NCBI GenBank assembly: GCA_039815185.1
Contig: JBCBZT010000001.1
Location: 206,149 to 270,148, forward strand
DNA length: 64,000 nucleotides
Origin: Cyanobacteria bacterium P01_A01_bin.123
GTDB lineage: Bacteria; Cyanobacteriota; Cyanobacteriia; Phormidesmidales; Phormidesmidaceae
Reading direction: 5' to 3'
Shown: positions 10,153-21,800 of the stretch, piece after piece
Layout: each line of letters opens with the position of its first letter
Position numbering within the stretch: position 1 is the stretch's first letter
Translations under genes and position numbers: made by a program
Notes under the pieces: generated by a model
The model's database searches: none
The model's input: only the letters and a program-made list of their open reading frames with translations
Told to the model about the DNA's origin: nothing

Positions 10153-12948
10153 ATGTCCACTCTGGTCATCGTTGAGTCACCGACAAAAGCCAAAACCATT
10201 CGCAACTACTTGCCACCGGGATATCGTGTCGAGGCATCCATGGGGCATGTCCGCGATCTACCCAGATCTGCCAGCGAAATTCCGCCTGCGGTTAAAGGCG
10301 AAAAGTGGGCTCAGCTCGGCGTTAATCCCGATGCTGATTTTGACCCCCTTTACGTGGTACCCAAAGATAAAAAAAAGGTTGTCAAAGGGCTCAAAGATGC
10401 CCTCAAAGGGGTGGATGAGCTGGTGCTGGCCACTGACGAAGACCGCGAGGGAGAGAGCATCAGCTGGCACTTGCTGCAAGTGCTCAAGCCCAAGGTGCCG
10501 ATCAAGCGCATGGTCTTTCACGAAATTACTGAAACTGCCATTCAGAACGCGCTTCAAAATTGCCGCAGCATTGATGATCAGTTAGTCCGAGCCCAGGAAA
10601 CGCGCCGGATTCTTGATCGCTTGGTGGGTTACACGTTATCGCCCCTACTTTGGAAAAAAATTGCTTTTGGCCTTTCGGCTGGACGGGTGCAGTCAGTAGC
10701 CGTCCGGTTGCTCGTTAAGCGTGAGCGCCAGCGACGCGCCTTTAGGCGAGGCTCCTACTGGGATCTCAAAGCTACCCTGCACCACGAACAAAGCGACTTT
10801 GAATCCAAACTGGTTGCCCTCGGCGGCAAGCGGCTCGCCACAGGAAGCGACTTCGACGAATCCACTGGACGCATCACTGAAGGGCGCGATGTGTTGCTGC
10901 TGGGTGAATCAGAAGCCCGGGCCCTGCAACAGCGTCTCGCCGAAAGCCCTTGGACTGTTACCAACCTGGAAGAACGGCCGTCGACTCGCAAACCGTCACC
11001 CCCGTTTACCACCTCAACCCTGCAGCAAGAGGCCAACCGCAAGCTACGCCTCTCGGCCCGTGAAACCATGCGAGTTGCCCAAAATCTCTATGAGCAGGGC
11101 TACATCACCTACATGAGGACAGATTCAGTAAATTTGTCCCAGCAGGCTGTTGCCGCCGCCCGCAGCTGTGTGGAAGCCAAATATGGCAAAAACTATCTCA
11201 GCCCCAAACCCCGGCAATACGCCACCAAATCTAAGGGGGCTCAAGAAGCACACGAAGCCATTCGGCCCGCTGGCGGAATTTTTCGCACCCCCCAAGAGAC
11301 CGGGCTTTCTGGTCGAGAACTTAACCTCTATGATCTAATTTGGAAACGCACCGTCGCCACCCAAATGGCGGAGGCACGGCAGACTCACATCACCGCCCAT
11401 ATCGAAGTGGACGACGCTAGCTTTAGATCCACAGGCAAACGGATTGACTTCCCCGGCTTCTTTCGCGCCTATGTTGAGGGGTCGGATGATCCCGATGCGG
11501 CTTTGGAAGACCGGGAGGTGGTTCTACCTAATCTGAAAGCTGGCGATCACCCCGAATGCCGAGAACTGGAGCCCATCGGCCATGAAACTCAACCCCCGGC
11601 TCGCTTCACTGAAGCATCTCTCGTCAAGACTCTAGAGAGTGAAGGCATTGGGCGGCCGAGTACTTATGCCAGTGTGATTGGCACCATCATTGATCGGGGT
11701 TATGCCCAACTGATCAACAACAGCTTGACCCCCACGTTCACTGCTTTTGCAGTGACCGAACTGTTAGAAAAGCATTTCCCTGACCTGGTTGATCTGGGTT
11801 TCACGGCTCGCATGGAGCAAACCCTAGATGATATTTCTACTGGGGAGGCTGCCTGGCTACCTTACCTCAAAGATTTTTATTCTGGTGATGATGGCTTAGC
11901 GGGCCAAGTTAACCAGCGCCAAGATCAAATCGACCCTGCTGAGGCCCGTACAGTGGATTTGTCCGATTTGGATGCGAAGGTGCGCATTGGTCGCTATGGT
12001 GCCTATCTGGAAGTCGAAAAAGAAGATGGCCCGGTCAAAGCTTCCATTCCTCAAGATGTGACCCCAGCAGATCTAGACCCTGCCCAGGTAGAACTGCTGC
12101 TGAAGCAAAAAACAGAAGGCCCTGATAAGGTCGGCCTCCATCCCGAGACAGGAGAGCCCATTTACGTGTTAGTAGGCACCTATGGCCCCTATGTGCAGCT
12201 GGGTGATGTCACTGAGGAAGTACCCAAACCCAAACGCGCTTCCCTGCCTAAAGGGGTAGGGTTAACGGATGTCACATTAGAGATGGCCGTTGGCCTGTTG
12301 GCTTTGCCTAGGCTCTTGGGTCTCCACCCTGAAACGGGGGCAAAAATTAAGGCTAGTCTGGGGCGATTTGGCCCCTATGTGGTTCACGATCAAGGCAAAG
12401 AGGGCAAAGACTATCGGTCGATCAAAGGCGATGATGACGTACTCACCATCACCCTAGAGCGGGCTTTGCAGATGTTGGCAGAACCTAAAGCCACACGCGG
12501 TCGACGCAAGGCAGCCACGCCGCTGCGAGAGTTGGGCAACCATCCTGAAGACGAAGAACCGATCAATATTTACGACGGTCCCTACGGTCTCTACATCAAG
12601 CATGGCAAAACAAATGCCTCCTTACCGGAGGGTAAAAAGGCTGAGGACATGACCTTAGCGCTAGCCTTAGAACTGCTTGAGGCGAAGGAATCAACTAAAA
12701 AGACCCGTCGCAAATCAACAGCTAACAGTAAGAAGTCTTCAACGACGAAGGCAAAGACGGGCACCAAAACGACACGCACCAAGAAGTCTTCGACGACAGC
12801 TAAAACGACTAAGGCCAGCAGTTCTAAAACAGGGACGACTAAAACAGGAACAACCAAAACTAGCGCATCAAAGTCCAAGACCACAGCTAAGAAATCCACA
12901 AGCCGCAAGTCACCTTCCTCTGAGTCGGAAGACTCCAAAGCATCATAG
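10153..12948 (+). CDS. topA: DNA topoisomerase I
   Basis: [27 protein letters not shown], active-site [11 protein letters not shown]-terminal GR(F/Y)GPY repeats and a Lys/Thr/Ser-rich tail. Confidence 0.97.
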   Translation: MSTLVIVESPTKAKTIRNYLPPGYRVEASMGHVRDLPRSASEIPPAVKGEKWAQLGVNPDADFDPLYVVPKDKKKVVKGLKDALKGVDELVLATDEDREGESISWHLLQVLKPKVPIKRMVFHEITETAIQNALQNCRSIDDQLVRAQETRRILDRLVGYTLSPLLWKKIAFGLSAGRVQSVAVRLLVKRERQRRAFRRGSYWDLKATLHHEQSDFESKLVALGGKRLATGSDFDESTGRITEGRDVLLLGESEARALQQRLAESPWTVTNLEERPSTRKPSPPFTTSTLQQEANRKLRLSARETMRVAQNLYEQGYITYMRTDSVNLSQQAVAAARSCVEAKYGKNYLSPKPRQYATKSKGAQEAHEAIRPAGGIFRTPQETGLSGRELNLYDLIWKRTVATQMAEARQTHITAHIEVDDASFRSTGKRIDFPGFFRAYVEGSDDPDAALEDREVVLPNLKAGDHPECRELEPIGHETQPPARFTEASLVKTLESEGIGRPSTYASVIGTIIDRGYAQLINNSLTPTFTAFAVTELLEKHFPDLVDLGFTARMEQTLDDISTGEAAWLPYLKDFYSGDDGLAGQVNQRQDQIDPAEARTVDLSDLDAKVRIGRYGAYLEVEKEDGPVKASIPQDVTPADLDPAQVELLLKQKTEGPDKVGLHPETGEPIYVLVGTYGPYVQLGDVTEEVPKPKRASLPKGVGLTDVTLEMAVGLLALPRLLGLHPETGAKIKASLGRFGPYVVHDQGKEGKDYRSIKGDDDVLTITLERALQMLAEPKATRGRRKAATPLRELGNHPEDEEPINIYDGPYGLYIKHGKTNASLPEGKKAEDMTLALALELLEAKESTKKTRRKSTANSKKSSTTKAKTGTKTTRTKKSSTTAKTTKASSSKTGTTKTGTTKTSASKSKTTAKKSTSRKSPSSESEDSKAS

Positions 12949-12956
12949 GCTAATGC

Positions 12957-12986
12957 AAAGAAAAAGCCCCTGAATTTCAGGGGCTT
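12957..12986 (-). terminator. Intrinsic terminator hairpin between convergent genes
   Basis: AAGCCCCTGAA-T-TTCAGGGGCTT, preceded by an A-run that reads as a U-tract on the minus strand. Confidence 0.7.
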
Positions 12987-13037
12987 GCACTCGTTGTGTA
13001 ATCTCTCAAATGTTCGGGCTGAGGCAAAGGGAAATTT

Positions 13038-13256
13038 TTATGCGATCGCAGACAGTTTGTTTACGATCCGAAATTGACCGAGGCTAGCAGCCCTGAGTAA
13101 ACGATTCAAGGCTAGGCGTTCGTCATCAGTCAAGTTCTCGTTAAAAGTAGCGGCAAGCAAACCATATCGATCAGCTAAGGTGATCTCACCCGTCTGGGTA
13201 ATTTGAGCAAACAGTTCAGAGATGGCTTGGGGTAGGAGGCACATTGTCAGAGTCAT
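13038..13256 (-). CDS. Small cyanobacterial hypothetical protein
   Basis: LLPQAISELFAQ..TGEITLADRYGLLAA pattern recalled from cyanobacterial small proteins; followed by a terminator. Confidence 0.7.
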   Translation of the reverse strand: MTLTMCLLPQAISELFAQITQTGEITLADRYGLLAATFNENLTDDERLALNRLLRAASLGQFRIVNKLSAIA

Positions 13257-13449
13257 GGCAGCTAGCGCGGTGAGGCGTTCAGTTCGTCGATAGTTCTATT
13301 GTGCTGGATGATGATTCTTTTCTGGGTGACCTTAAAACGCTGACACTGTGATGTTTTAGCTGCTGTGAGGTAATCCAAATCGCGCTGGGGTGTGATCTGG
13401 ATTACGACTTCCCTATACACTACTGGAATGGATTCAAAGGCCCCTCGCG

Positions 13450-14034
13450 ATGAAATCCCCATGGCGTTTGCGTGACTATGTGTTTGCTGCCTTCATGACC
13501 ATCGGTATGGTGGCGTCAGTGTTTGTGATTGGGCCGTTTGTCCCACCGTTTCTAGATTTGGTGGCTTGGGCACCGTTTGGCGGCATTTTTTTAACCCTAG
13601 GCATGGCTAGGCTCCAACACAGGGGTAGTATTGCCCTGATGATTTTGCCCCTAGCGCTTTTACTAGCACCGCTGTCTCTCTTCATTACGCTCTATCTGGT
13701 GCTGACGACAGTGGTGGCTGAGGTAGTTGTGTTTTTCTGTGGCAATTATCGCGCTAAGCGCAATCGCTTACTGGGCACCGTTGTCTTCTTTGTCAGCGCT
13801 GTTGTGATTGGGCTAGGCAGCATTGTACTGTTGGCAAATCTGGTTAATGCTGGCACGGTACCGGGCGATGGATTAGCGGAAATGCTGAGCAAATTTGCTA
13901 CCCTTTTGAACAACCCTTGGCTGATTGGGGTATTGGCTATCGTGACAGGCATACTGGGCACAGTTGGCTGGTGGATGGGCGAAAAAATTGTGCAGCAGTT
14001 GAGACGAGCGGGCAAGCTGGATGCTGACTCGTAA
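13450..14034 (+). CDS. Putative ECF transporter S component (MptD-like)
   Basis: Multi-TM protein ending QLRRAGK; overlaps the downstream EcfT gene. Confidence 0.65.
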   Translation: MKSPWRLRDYVFAAFMTIGMVASVFVIGPFVPPFLDLVAWAPFGGIFLTLGMARLQHRGSIALMILPLALLLAPLSLFITLYLVLTTVVAEVVVFFCGNYRAKRNRLLGTVVFFVSAVVIGLGSIVLLANLVNAGTVPGDGLAEMLSKFATLLNNPWLIGVLAIVTGILGTVGWWMGEKIVQQLRRAGKLDADS

Positions 14035-14722
14035 GCGATCGCCGCGTCAGGATCGCCTACTGAACTCAGTCAATCCTTTTCTCAAGATGGGCTTGAGTCT
14101 GATTTTGCTGGGGTTAGCCCTGTTCTTAAAGCAGATTTGGACAATGCTGGCCCTAGTTGGCGGGTTGCTGCTGCTATTGACTCAGATTCAAGTCTCCCGG
14201 TTTGCACTGCTCTATGGGGTGTTGACGTTGGCGATGTTTACCGCCACCTCGGCTTGGCTGTTAGGCGATTGGGGGATTGCTGCATTCAGTACGTTGCGAC
14301 TGCTGGCGATCGTGTTACCTACCCCCGTTCTGACCCTAACGACCCCGCCAGCGGATTTGATTCGAGCGCTGCAAACCATCCGCCTGCCCAGCTTTTTGAC
14401 CCTGGGCTTGATGCTAATCTGGCGATTTTTCCCGTTGATGCAGCAAGAACTCCAGCGAATTTGGGAAGCTAACCAACTGCGGGGCATTGATCTCAGCTGT
14501 CGGCCGACCCAGTGGTTTTCGGGGTTGATGGTGCCGCTGGTGTTTCAAATGGTGGCCTATGCCGATGAGGTCACCATTGGCTTGCAAACGCGCGGGTATT
14601 CGCCGACGGAGCGGCGCAGCAACAGCCAGCCGATGGCGTGGGGGGGGAGGGATACGGTGTTTTGTGTCGGGGCGTTGTTGTGTGTGGGCGTGGTGGGGTA
14701 TCTGGAGTGGGGGACCGGGTGA
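14021..14722 (+). CDS. ECF transporter transmembrane component T (EcfT/CbiQ)
   Basis: LTTPPADLIRAL, RFFPLM..E..RIWEANQLRG and GLQTRGY (the two xRG motifs). Confidence 0.88.
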   Translation: MLTRKRSPRQDRLLNSVNPFLKMGLSLILLGLALFLKQIWTMLALVGGLLLLLTQIQVSRFALLYGVLTLAMFTATSAWLLGDWGIAAFSTLRLLAIVLPTPVLTLTTPPADLIRALQTIRLPSFLTLGLMLIWRFFPLMQQELQRIWEANQLRGIDLSCRPTQWFSGLMVPLVFQMVAYADEVTIGLQTRGYSPTERRSNSQPMAWGGRDTVFCVGALLCVGVVGYLEWGTG

Positions 14723-14789
14723 CAAAAGACGCTCAATGTTGAAGCTGCTTAGACGGAGTGAATGAACTACCAGCGATCGCCTCGTAGAA

Positions 14790-14898
14790 GATATAGCGCT
14801 GGCCAGATTGCTTAATGCACCTAGTCTCGCTGGGATGCTGAGTACACAAGCAATCTGGCTTGCCGTAGCGCACGAAGCTTTGTGGCCACGGCTATATC
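14790..14898 (+). repeat. ~109-bp structured dispersed repeat, copy 2
   Basis: GATATAGCGCTGGCCAGATTGCTT...AAGCAATCTGGC...GCTATATC. Confidence 0.85.
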
Positions 14899-15078
14899 CT
14901 GCAAGCCCCTTGCCATTGAAACGCAACGAATCATAACTTTACAAAAATTAGTTTCCATAGGCGAACTGTTTGAGCGCCGGGAATACTTAGCGCATTAATT
15001 CAGTTCGAGTTTCCTAGAATCTCAAAGCCATCTATACCTAAAACCCTAAGATTCATTTCATTCAAGCTCTTTTTAGAC

Positions 15079-17268
15079 ATGTCCCTATCCAACTTTAGAG
15101 AACCACCCTATCCTCAACAAACGCATCAAATTAATCACGAGGTTTTGTTACGTCGCATAATCTATCGGATTCGTCAGTCCCTAGATCTCCAGGTTATTCT
15201 TGACACCACAGCCCATGAACTTCAAAAATTCTTAGCCGTTGATCGGGTCAAGATTTATCAGTTTCATGCTGATCAAAGTGGTTATGTGGTAGCTGAAGCG
15301 TGCTCACTCGATTGTCCATTGCCCTCCTTGAAAGACTTAAATTTTCCCGCGGATGATATTCCGCCAGAAGCTCGCCAACTGTTTGTTGAAGCGCGTGTCC
15401 GCAATATTGTAGATGTTGAATCTGGCATCATTGGGCAGAGTCGGCAGCTCAATCCAGAAACGGGTAAACCCATCGCTGAGGATTGGGTCTATCGCCCCTT
15501 AGATCCCTGCCATGCTGAATATTTAACGACCATGGGGGTCAAGGCTAGTGTCGTTTCGCCCATCTCCCATGGTGAGCACCTTTGGGGTTTGTTGGTGATC
15601 CATCACACTGTCCCACGAGAACTAAATCCCCAGCAGATAGAGGCTATGCAGCTAGTGGTTGGGCAGCTTTCCATGGCGATCTCCCAAGCTAATTTGCTGA
15701 CCAAAACTCGAGAACACGCAGCCCGAGAGTCGGTCATTAGCCAAGTGACTGTGTTGCTAAATGGACTCACAACCCTTGACCTGGCATCCGCTTTAGAAAA
15801 AACAACCCTAGCCTTACAAGGGGTAGGCAGTCGTCTATTTATTCCTGCCCTGGCTGACTCAACCGGAATCCGTCAGCCAGATTGTAGCGTGGTGTCTAAT
15901 GCGTTACATGTCTTTGGAATACAACCTGTAGGTGATGATCTCAGTACCCAGAAGCCTATGGAGTTGCGCCATGGAATACAGGCACACTTGAAGGAGACAA
16001 ACGATGCACCTTGGGCTGTTGATGATGTGTTTGAGGTTAGCAGCCTGCGAAATTTGCAGCTTTCATTTCAGCGGGCAGGGCTGCGGGGGTGGTTAATGAT
16101 TCCCCTGAAAAACCGTCAACACGTGATTGCTTACCTCAGCATTTTTAGACCTGCGCGAGAAACCGAAACCCTCTGGGCAGGGAAGTTTGATCCAGATACT
16201 CGGCAAGATTTTCCTCGCCAATCCTTCGAGATCTGGCGGCACACCCAGCAGGGGCAAATCTATCCGTGGGGCCATACCGATGTCGATTTGGCAACCAGTC
16301 TAGGAACTCAGTTTGCCATTGCCATTGAACAGCATCGTCTCTATCAAGAGATTCAAACCCTCAATAACTCACTTGAGAAACAGGTTCAAACCCGAACTGC
16401 CGAACTGCAAAAGACCTTAAAGGATCTCCAACAGGCCCAGACTCAACTCATCCATACTGAAAAGATGTCAAGTTTGGGACAGTTAGTGGCCGGCATTGCC
16501 CACGAAATTAACAATCCTATTAACTTCATTCATGGTAATCTGACTCACCTTGAGTATTACGCCACTGAGCTGCTGGAGTTGCTGGCACTTTATCAGCAAC
16601 ATGTCCCCGAACCGAATACCGAAATTTTCAATAAATCGCAATCTCTAGATTTGGATTTTGTTGCCCAAGATTTTCCAAAAATCCTAGCGTCGATGGCTGT
16701 CGGAACGAAGCGCATTCAGGGCATTGTCCTGTCACTACGCAGTTTTTCGCGGTTAGATCAAGCTGCCAAAAAAGCTGTAGACCTCCATGAAGGCATTGAA
16801 AGCACTTTGATGATCTTGCAGCATCGCCTTCAGAAAACATCAGGAAGGAAGGCGATTCAAATCGTCAAAGAATATGGTGATTTGCCCCTAGTTGAGTGTT
16901 TGGCAAGTCAACTCAACCAGGTATTTATGAACATCCTCAGCAATGCCATTGATGCCCTAGAGACAATAAACGAACGGCGACTCCCCCAGACTGCTGACCT
17001 AAATCCACCCACTATTCGCATCCACACGGCGCAACTTGATGATCATTGGGTAGCCATTCAGATCTCAGACAACGGTCAAGGGATACCTCAAGATATTCAA
17101 GCTCGACTTTTCAATCCTTTTTTCACCACTAAGCCCGTCGGTAAAGGAACGGGGCTAGGACTTTCGATCAGCCATCAAATTGTGGTAGGTAAGCATGGCG
17201 GCAAGTTAGAGTGCGTCTCTTCACCAGGACAAGGCACAACTTTTACCATTACGATTCCTGTTAACTAG
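15079..17268 (+). CDS. Knotless (PAS-less, Cph2-like) phytochrome histidine kinase
   Basis: GAF with FPADDIP and PCH (bilin Cys-His). Second domain has tongue motifs WAG and PRQSFEIW. H box AHEINNP and HATPase follow. Confidence 0.85.
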   Translation: MSLSNFREPPYPQQTHQINHEVLLRRIIYRIRQSLDLQVILDTTAHELQKFLAVDRVKIYQFHADQSGYVVAEACSLDCPLPSLKDLNFPADDIPPEARQLFVEARVRNIVDVESGIIGQSRQLNPETGKPIAEDWVYRPLDPCHAEYLTTMGVKASVVSPISHGEHLWGLLVIHHTVPRELNPQQIEAMQLVVGQLSMAISQANLLTKTREHAARESVISQVTVLLNGLTTLDLASALEKTTLALQGVGSRLFIPALADSTGIRQPDCSVVSNALHVFGIQPVGDDLSTQKPMELRHGIQAHLKETNDAPWAVDDVFEVSSLRNLQLSFQRAGLRGWLMIPLKNRQHVIAYLSIFRPARETETLWAGKFDPDTRQDFPRQSFEIWRHTQQGQIYPWGHTDVDLATSLGTQFAIAIEQHRLYQEIQTLNNSLEKQVQTRTAELQKTLKDLQQAQTQLIHTEKMSSLGQLVAGIAHEINNPINFIHGNLTHLEYYATELLELLALYQQHVPEPNTEIFNKSQSLDLDFVAQDFPKILASMAVGTKRIQGIVLSLRSFSRLDQAAKKAVDLHEGIESTLMILQHRLQKTSGRKAIQIVKEYGDLPLVECLASQLNQVFMNILSNAIDALETINERRLPQTADLNPPTIRIHTAQLDDHWVAIQISDNGQGIPQDIQARLFNPFFTTKPVGKGTGLGLSISHQIVVGKHGGKLECVSSPGQGTTFTITIPVN

Positions 17269-17304
17269 CTGTGGATCCCCAGGGACCCGCATGCAAACTA
17301 ACAG

Positions 17305-18705
17305 GTGAATCAGGTAGGTATGGCTAAAGAGACTAAAACAAGTACCAACCCTCCCCTGCTGGAGGTCTGCAATCTTAGCTTTACCCACGTAGGCCAGCCG
17401 CAGCCGACAATCCAAGACATTCACCTCACCTTAAATCCGGGCGAGCTGATTGTGCTTGCAGGGGCAACCGGGAGCGGCAAAAGCACACTTTTAAACTGCT
17501 TAACCGGGATTGCGCCAGAACACACGGGGGGAAAGCTCTCAGGGCAGGTGCGCTATCGCGGGCAAGACATTACCGATTGGTCAATTCGGCAGCGATCGCA
17601 GGTAATGGGCATTTTGCTGCAAAACGTAGAAACCCAGATCTTTACCGATCGAGTGTGGGAAGAACTGGTGTTTGGTCTGGAAAATTGGAACTTGCCCCCA
17701 GAGACGATCAAAACCCTCACCCATCAAGCGCTGCATGGATTTGATTTAGTGTGCCAACAAGACTGGCAAATCCGTCAGCTTTCGGCGGGGCAAAAACAGC
17801 GGCTGTTGCTGGCGTGTCTGCTCACCCGAAATCCTGAGATGTTGTTGCTAGATGAGCCTTTTGCCTTTTTGGACGGGGCTGGGGTGCAGTTGCTGCTAAA
17901 CCTGATTCAGCGGCGAGTCGAACAGGGGCAGGCAGTGTTGGTAATTGAGCATCGATTGGAGCTATTGCAGCCGATCTGCGATCGCGTTTATCGCATTCTT
18001 GACGGTTGTGTTACTCCCTGGGCGTTATCTCAACGCCCTGCTCAAATTGATGTGGAAAATCCCATGACTGCCTTGTCCCTAAGTCAATCCGAGGCTGCTC
18101 TAGCGTCAGGGCTGCTTTTGCAAACCCATAATCTCAGTTGGGGTGGCTATCCGCCATTTCCCAATTTGCAGGTTCAAAGTGGAGAGATTGTCTTGATCAA
18201 GGGTGATAATGGCTGCGGCAAGACTACGTTGTTAAAGTTGCTGAGCGGATTGCTCAAACCCACCACAGGCCACCTTGATATTTTAGGTCGCGACGCCACC
18301 CGCAAACGCGTCGTGCAAATCGCTAAAACCGTAGGGTTCGTCTTGCAAAATCCCAACCATCAGCTATTTGCTGAAAGTGTCCAGGCAGAGGTTAGGCAAC
18401 CTGGTGTATCTGCGCCCCAAGCATTGACTCTGCTTGAACAGCTCAACCTGACCCACTGTGCAGACAAACATCCCCATGCGCTATCCCAAGGCCAAAAACG
18501 TCGCCTTGCCCTCGGGGCTGTGCTGGCCCGCCGCCCCCAAATTTGTCTGTTAGATGAGATTATGGTGGGCCAAGATCCCCAGTCTTTAGCGTTAATGCTG
18601 CAAACGCTAAAGACGTTTACTAACCAAGGGGGTGTACTAATTTTTACCTCCCATGACCCCGGCGTGGCCAAGAGATTGGGAGGGCGTGTTGTTGCAGTTG
18701 GTTAA
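17305..18705 (+). CDS. ECF-type ABC ATPase with two nucleotide-binding domains
   Basis: GATGSGKS/LSAGQKQR/LLLDEP and GDNGCGKT/QNPNHQLF/LSQGQKRR/LLDE. Confidence 0.9.
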   Translation: MNQVGMAKETKTSTNPPLLEVCNLSFTHVGQPQPTIQDIHLTLNPGELIVLAGATGSGKSTLLNCLTGIAPEHTGGKLSGQVRYRGQDITDWSIRQRSQVMGILLQNVETQIFTDRVWEELVFGLENWNLPPETIKTLTHQALHGFDLVCQQDWQIRQLSAGQKQRLLLACLLTRNPEMLLLDEPFAFLDGAGVQLLLNLIQRRVEQGQAVLVIEHRLELLQPICDRVYRILDGCVTPWALSQRPAQIDVENPMTALSLSQSEAALASGLLLQTHNLSWGGYPPFPNLQVQSGEIVLIKGDNGCGKTTLLKLLSGLLKPTTGHLDILGRDATRKRVVQIAKTVGFVLQNPNHQLFAESVQAEVRQPGVSAPQALTLLEQLNLTHCADKHPHALSQGQKRRLALGAVLARRPQICLLDEIMVGQDPQSLALMLQTLKTFTNQGGVLIFTSHDPGVAKRLGGRVVAVG

Positions 18706-18806
18706 GATTTTCTGTAACTCACATTGGATGACACCGGACAACAGATCCCTCAGTAACATCCCTTAGAATGTAAGGATAGATTCTTCCGGGGGACAGCTCC
18801 TATACT

Positions 18807-21800
18807 TTGGAAAAACCCTCATATAGCCCCTATCAAATTCGCCCTATGCTTTACGTGGAGGGGTATCGCCTCCTAGAAGAGTTACATAACGGATCCAATT
18901 CTCAGGTTTATCGAGCTTACCGTGAATCTGACAGAGCGTCTGTGGTTCTAAAATTCTTAAGGCCCGAGTATCCCAGCCCGGAGCAGATTGCCCGTTTTCG
19001 CCTTGAATATGATCTTACCCGTAGTTTTGACATTCCCGGCATTATTCTGACCTATGGGCTTGAAGCCTATCAAAATACCTTTGTCTTAATTCTGGAAGAT
19101 TTTGGCGCTTTTCCCCTCAAACAAGCGTTCCAAGATAAGCCACTTTCAACCTTTGACTTTTTGCAACAGGCCTTGCAAATCACAGAGGCATTGGCAGCCA
19201 TCCACCAAAAAGACATCATTCATAAGGACATCAATTCCACCAACATTCTGATTAACCCCGAAACCCAGGCGGTCAAAATCATTGATTTTGGCATTTCAAC
19301 TCAACTCTCCCAAGAACAAGCTGCTATTACCAATCTGCATCAGTTGGAAGGTACCCTGGCCTATATTTCCCCAGAACAGACTGGGCGGATGAATCGGAGT
19401 CTGGACTATCGCACTGATTTTTATTCCCTGGGAGTCACTTTCTACGAAATGCTGACCCAGCGGCTGCCGTTTGAGAACCAGGATGTGGTGGAGTTGGTTC
19501 ACAGCCATATCGCCCGTCAGCCGCGTCCCCCCCACGAGCTGAATCCTCAGGTGCCGCCGATCCTGTCACAAATTGTCATGCGGTTACTTGAGAAAAATGC
19601 CGAGGCCCGCTATCAGAGCACGTTTGGACTCAAGACAGATTTGCAACGTTGTCTAGAGAGTTGGACCACTATCGGCAGGATTGCCCCCTTTGACCTGGGT
19701 GCCCAGGATCAGGTTGAGCGTTTTCACTTACCCCAAAAACTCTACGGTCGAGAACAAGAGGTGATTACCTTACTGACGGCCTTTGAGCGAGCCAGTCGAG
19801 GGCGCAGTGAAGTGATGTTGGTGGCTGGGTATTCTGGCATTGGTAAATCTGTCCTAGTTCAAGAAATATATAAGCCGATTACCCAGAAGCGGGGCTACTT
19901 TATCACCGGTAAATTTGATCAGTTCCAACGCAACATCCCTTACAGCGCTCTAATTCAAGCGTTTCAGACTTTGATTCGTCAATGCTTGGCCAGTAGCATT
20001 GAAGAGATTGAACGCTGGCGTGCGGCCTTGCTCGAAGCCTTGACGCCCAACGCCCAAATTATTATCGATGTCATTCCTGAAGTGGAAGTGATTATTGGGC
20101 CCCAACCCCCTGCGGCTGAACTGCCGCCTCAAGAAGCCCAGAACCGCTTTAATCTAGTCTTTCAAAACTTCATTCAGGTATTTACGCAAAAGCAGCACCC
20201 CTTAGCAATTTTTTTGGATGACTTGCAGTGGGCTGACAGTGCTTCTCTGCAATTAATCCAAACCTTAATGGGAGAAGCGAATACCCGACACCTGCTATTT
20301 ATTGGCGCTTACCGAGATAATGAAGTCGGGGATACCCATCCCCTCCAAGCCACCCTGGCAGACCTCCAGGCGTTTGGGGTACCCCTGCGTACGATTCACC
20401 TCACACCCCTGGAACCTGCCGATATTCGTCAACTCCTGCAAGACACTTTTTTGATCCAGGACGAGACTCAAGTTTTGCCCTTGGTCAGGTTGCTGAAGGA
20501 AAAGACCCAAGGCAACCCGTTCTTTATGGGGGAATTTTTAAAGTCTCTCTATGTCGATGGCCATGTCACTTTTGACCGGCATCAAAGGCAATGGGTTTGG
20601 GATCTAGAACAAATTCAATCGGCTCAGATGACCAATAATGTGGTCGAGCTGATGGCGGGCAAAATTCAACGCTTGTCGGCATCATCCCAACAGGCGCTAA
20701 AGGTAGCAGCCTGTGTCGGCAATCAATTTTCCCTCTCTGTCTTGGCTATTGTCTTAGAGTTGCCCCAGGCGACAGTGGCGGCAGATCTGTGGGCAGCCAT
20801 GAAAATGGGCTTAATCACAGCCGAGGGCGATGATTACAAACTGCTCCAGGTGGACGATGCTTCAGTGGTGGCTCAACTGGCTGAAATGGAAGTGGTGTAT
20901 CACTTTATCCACGATCGCGTCCAACAAGCTGCTTACACCTTAATTCCTGATGAAGCCAGACAGATGGCTCATTTCCGGGTGGGTCAACTGTTGCTGCAAA
21001 GTATGACCCCTGAGCAGCAGGGTGAGAATATTTTTGACCTTGTGAACCAGCTTAACTTTGGCCTGACTCTAATGCCCACGGTGGAAAAGCGGCAAGAGTT
21101 GGCTGAATTGAACTTAAAAGCTGGCACCAAAGCGATCGCGGCGGCGGCCTATGGCCCAGCCCTCAACTATCTGCTCACTGGGATTTGCAGCTTAGAGCCC
21201 GATCGCTGGCAACAACAGTATGCTTTGGCCTTGGCCTTACACCACACCGCTACTGAAGCGGCCCTGATGGTGGGCGATTTTGAGGAAATGGATCGTCTGA
21301 TTGAGACGGTGCTGAACCGGGCTAAAACAGTTTTAGATTGTATCCCCGTCTATACCGTCCAGATCCAGGCTTTGGTTGCCCGCCATGAACTGCTAGCCGC
21401 AGTCCAGGTTGGGTTGCGAGTGCTGCGGTTATTGGGTTTCCCGCTTCCTGAAAAGCCAAGCCAGCTACAGGTGTTGTTGGGTTTGCTGAAATCCAAAATT
21501 GGGTTATGGGGAAAATCCGTAGCGCGTTTGGCAGAACGCCCTGCCATGACCGATCCAAAAGCATTGGCGGCCACCCAAATTTTAGCCAGCATTGCCTCTG
21601 CTACCTATTTAACGGCCCCCAAAGTATTTCCCCTAACGGTATTTAAGCAGGTGGGCTTGACGGTGAAGTACGGCAATACACCGATCTCAGCCTTTGCCTA
21701 TGCCACCTATGCCCTGATTTTGTGTGGCGTGGTGCAAGACCTCAAATCCGGATATCGGTTCGGAGATTTGGCCTTGAAGGTGTTAGATCGCTTTAATACT

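Noticed and set aside
12591..12973. Hydrophobic and Arg-rich ORFs overlapping the topA end
   Set aside because: Shadow frames of the low-complexity Lys/Thr tail.
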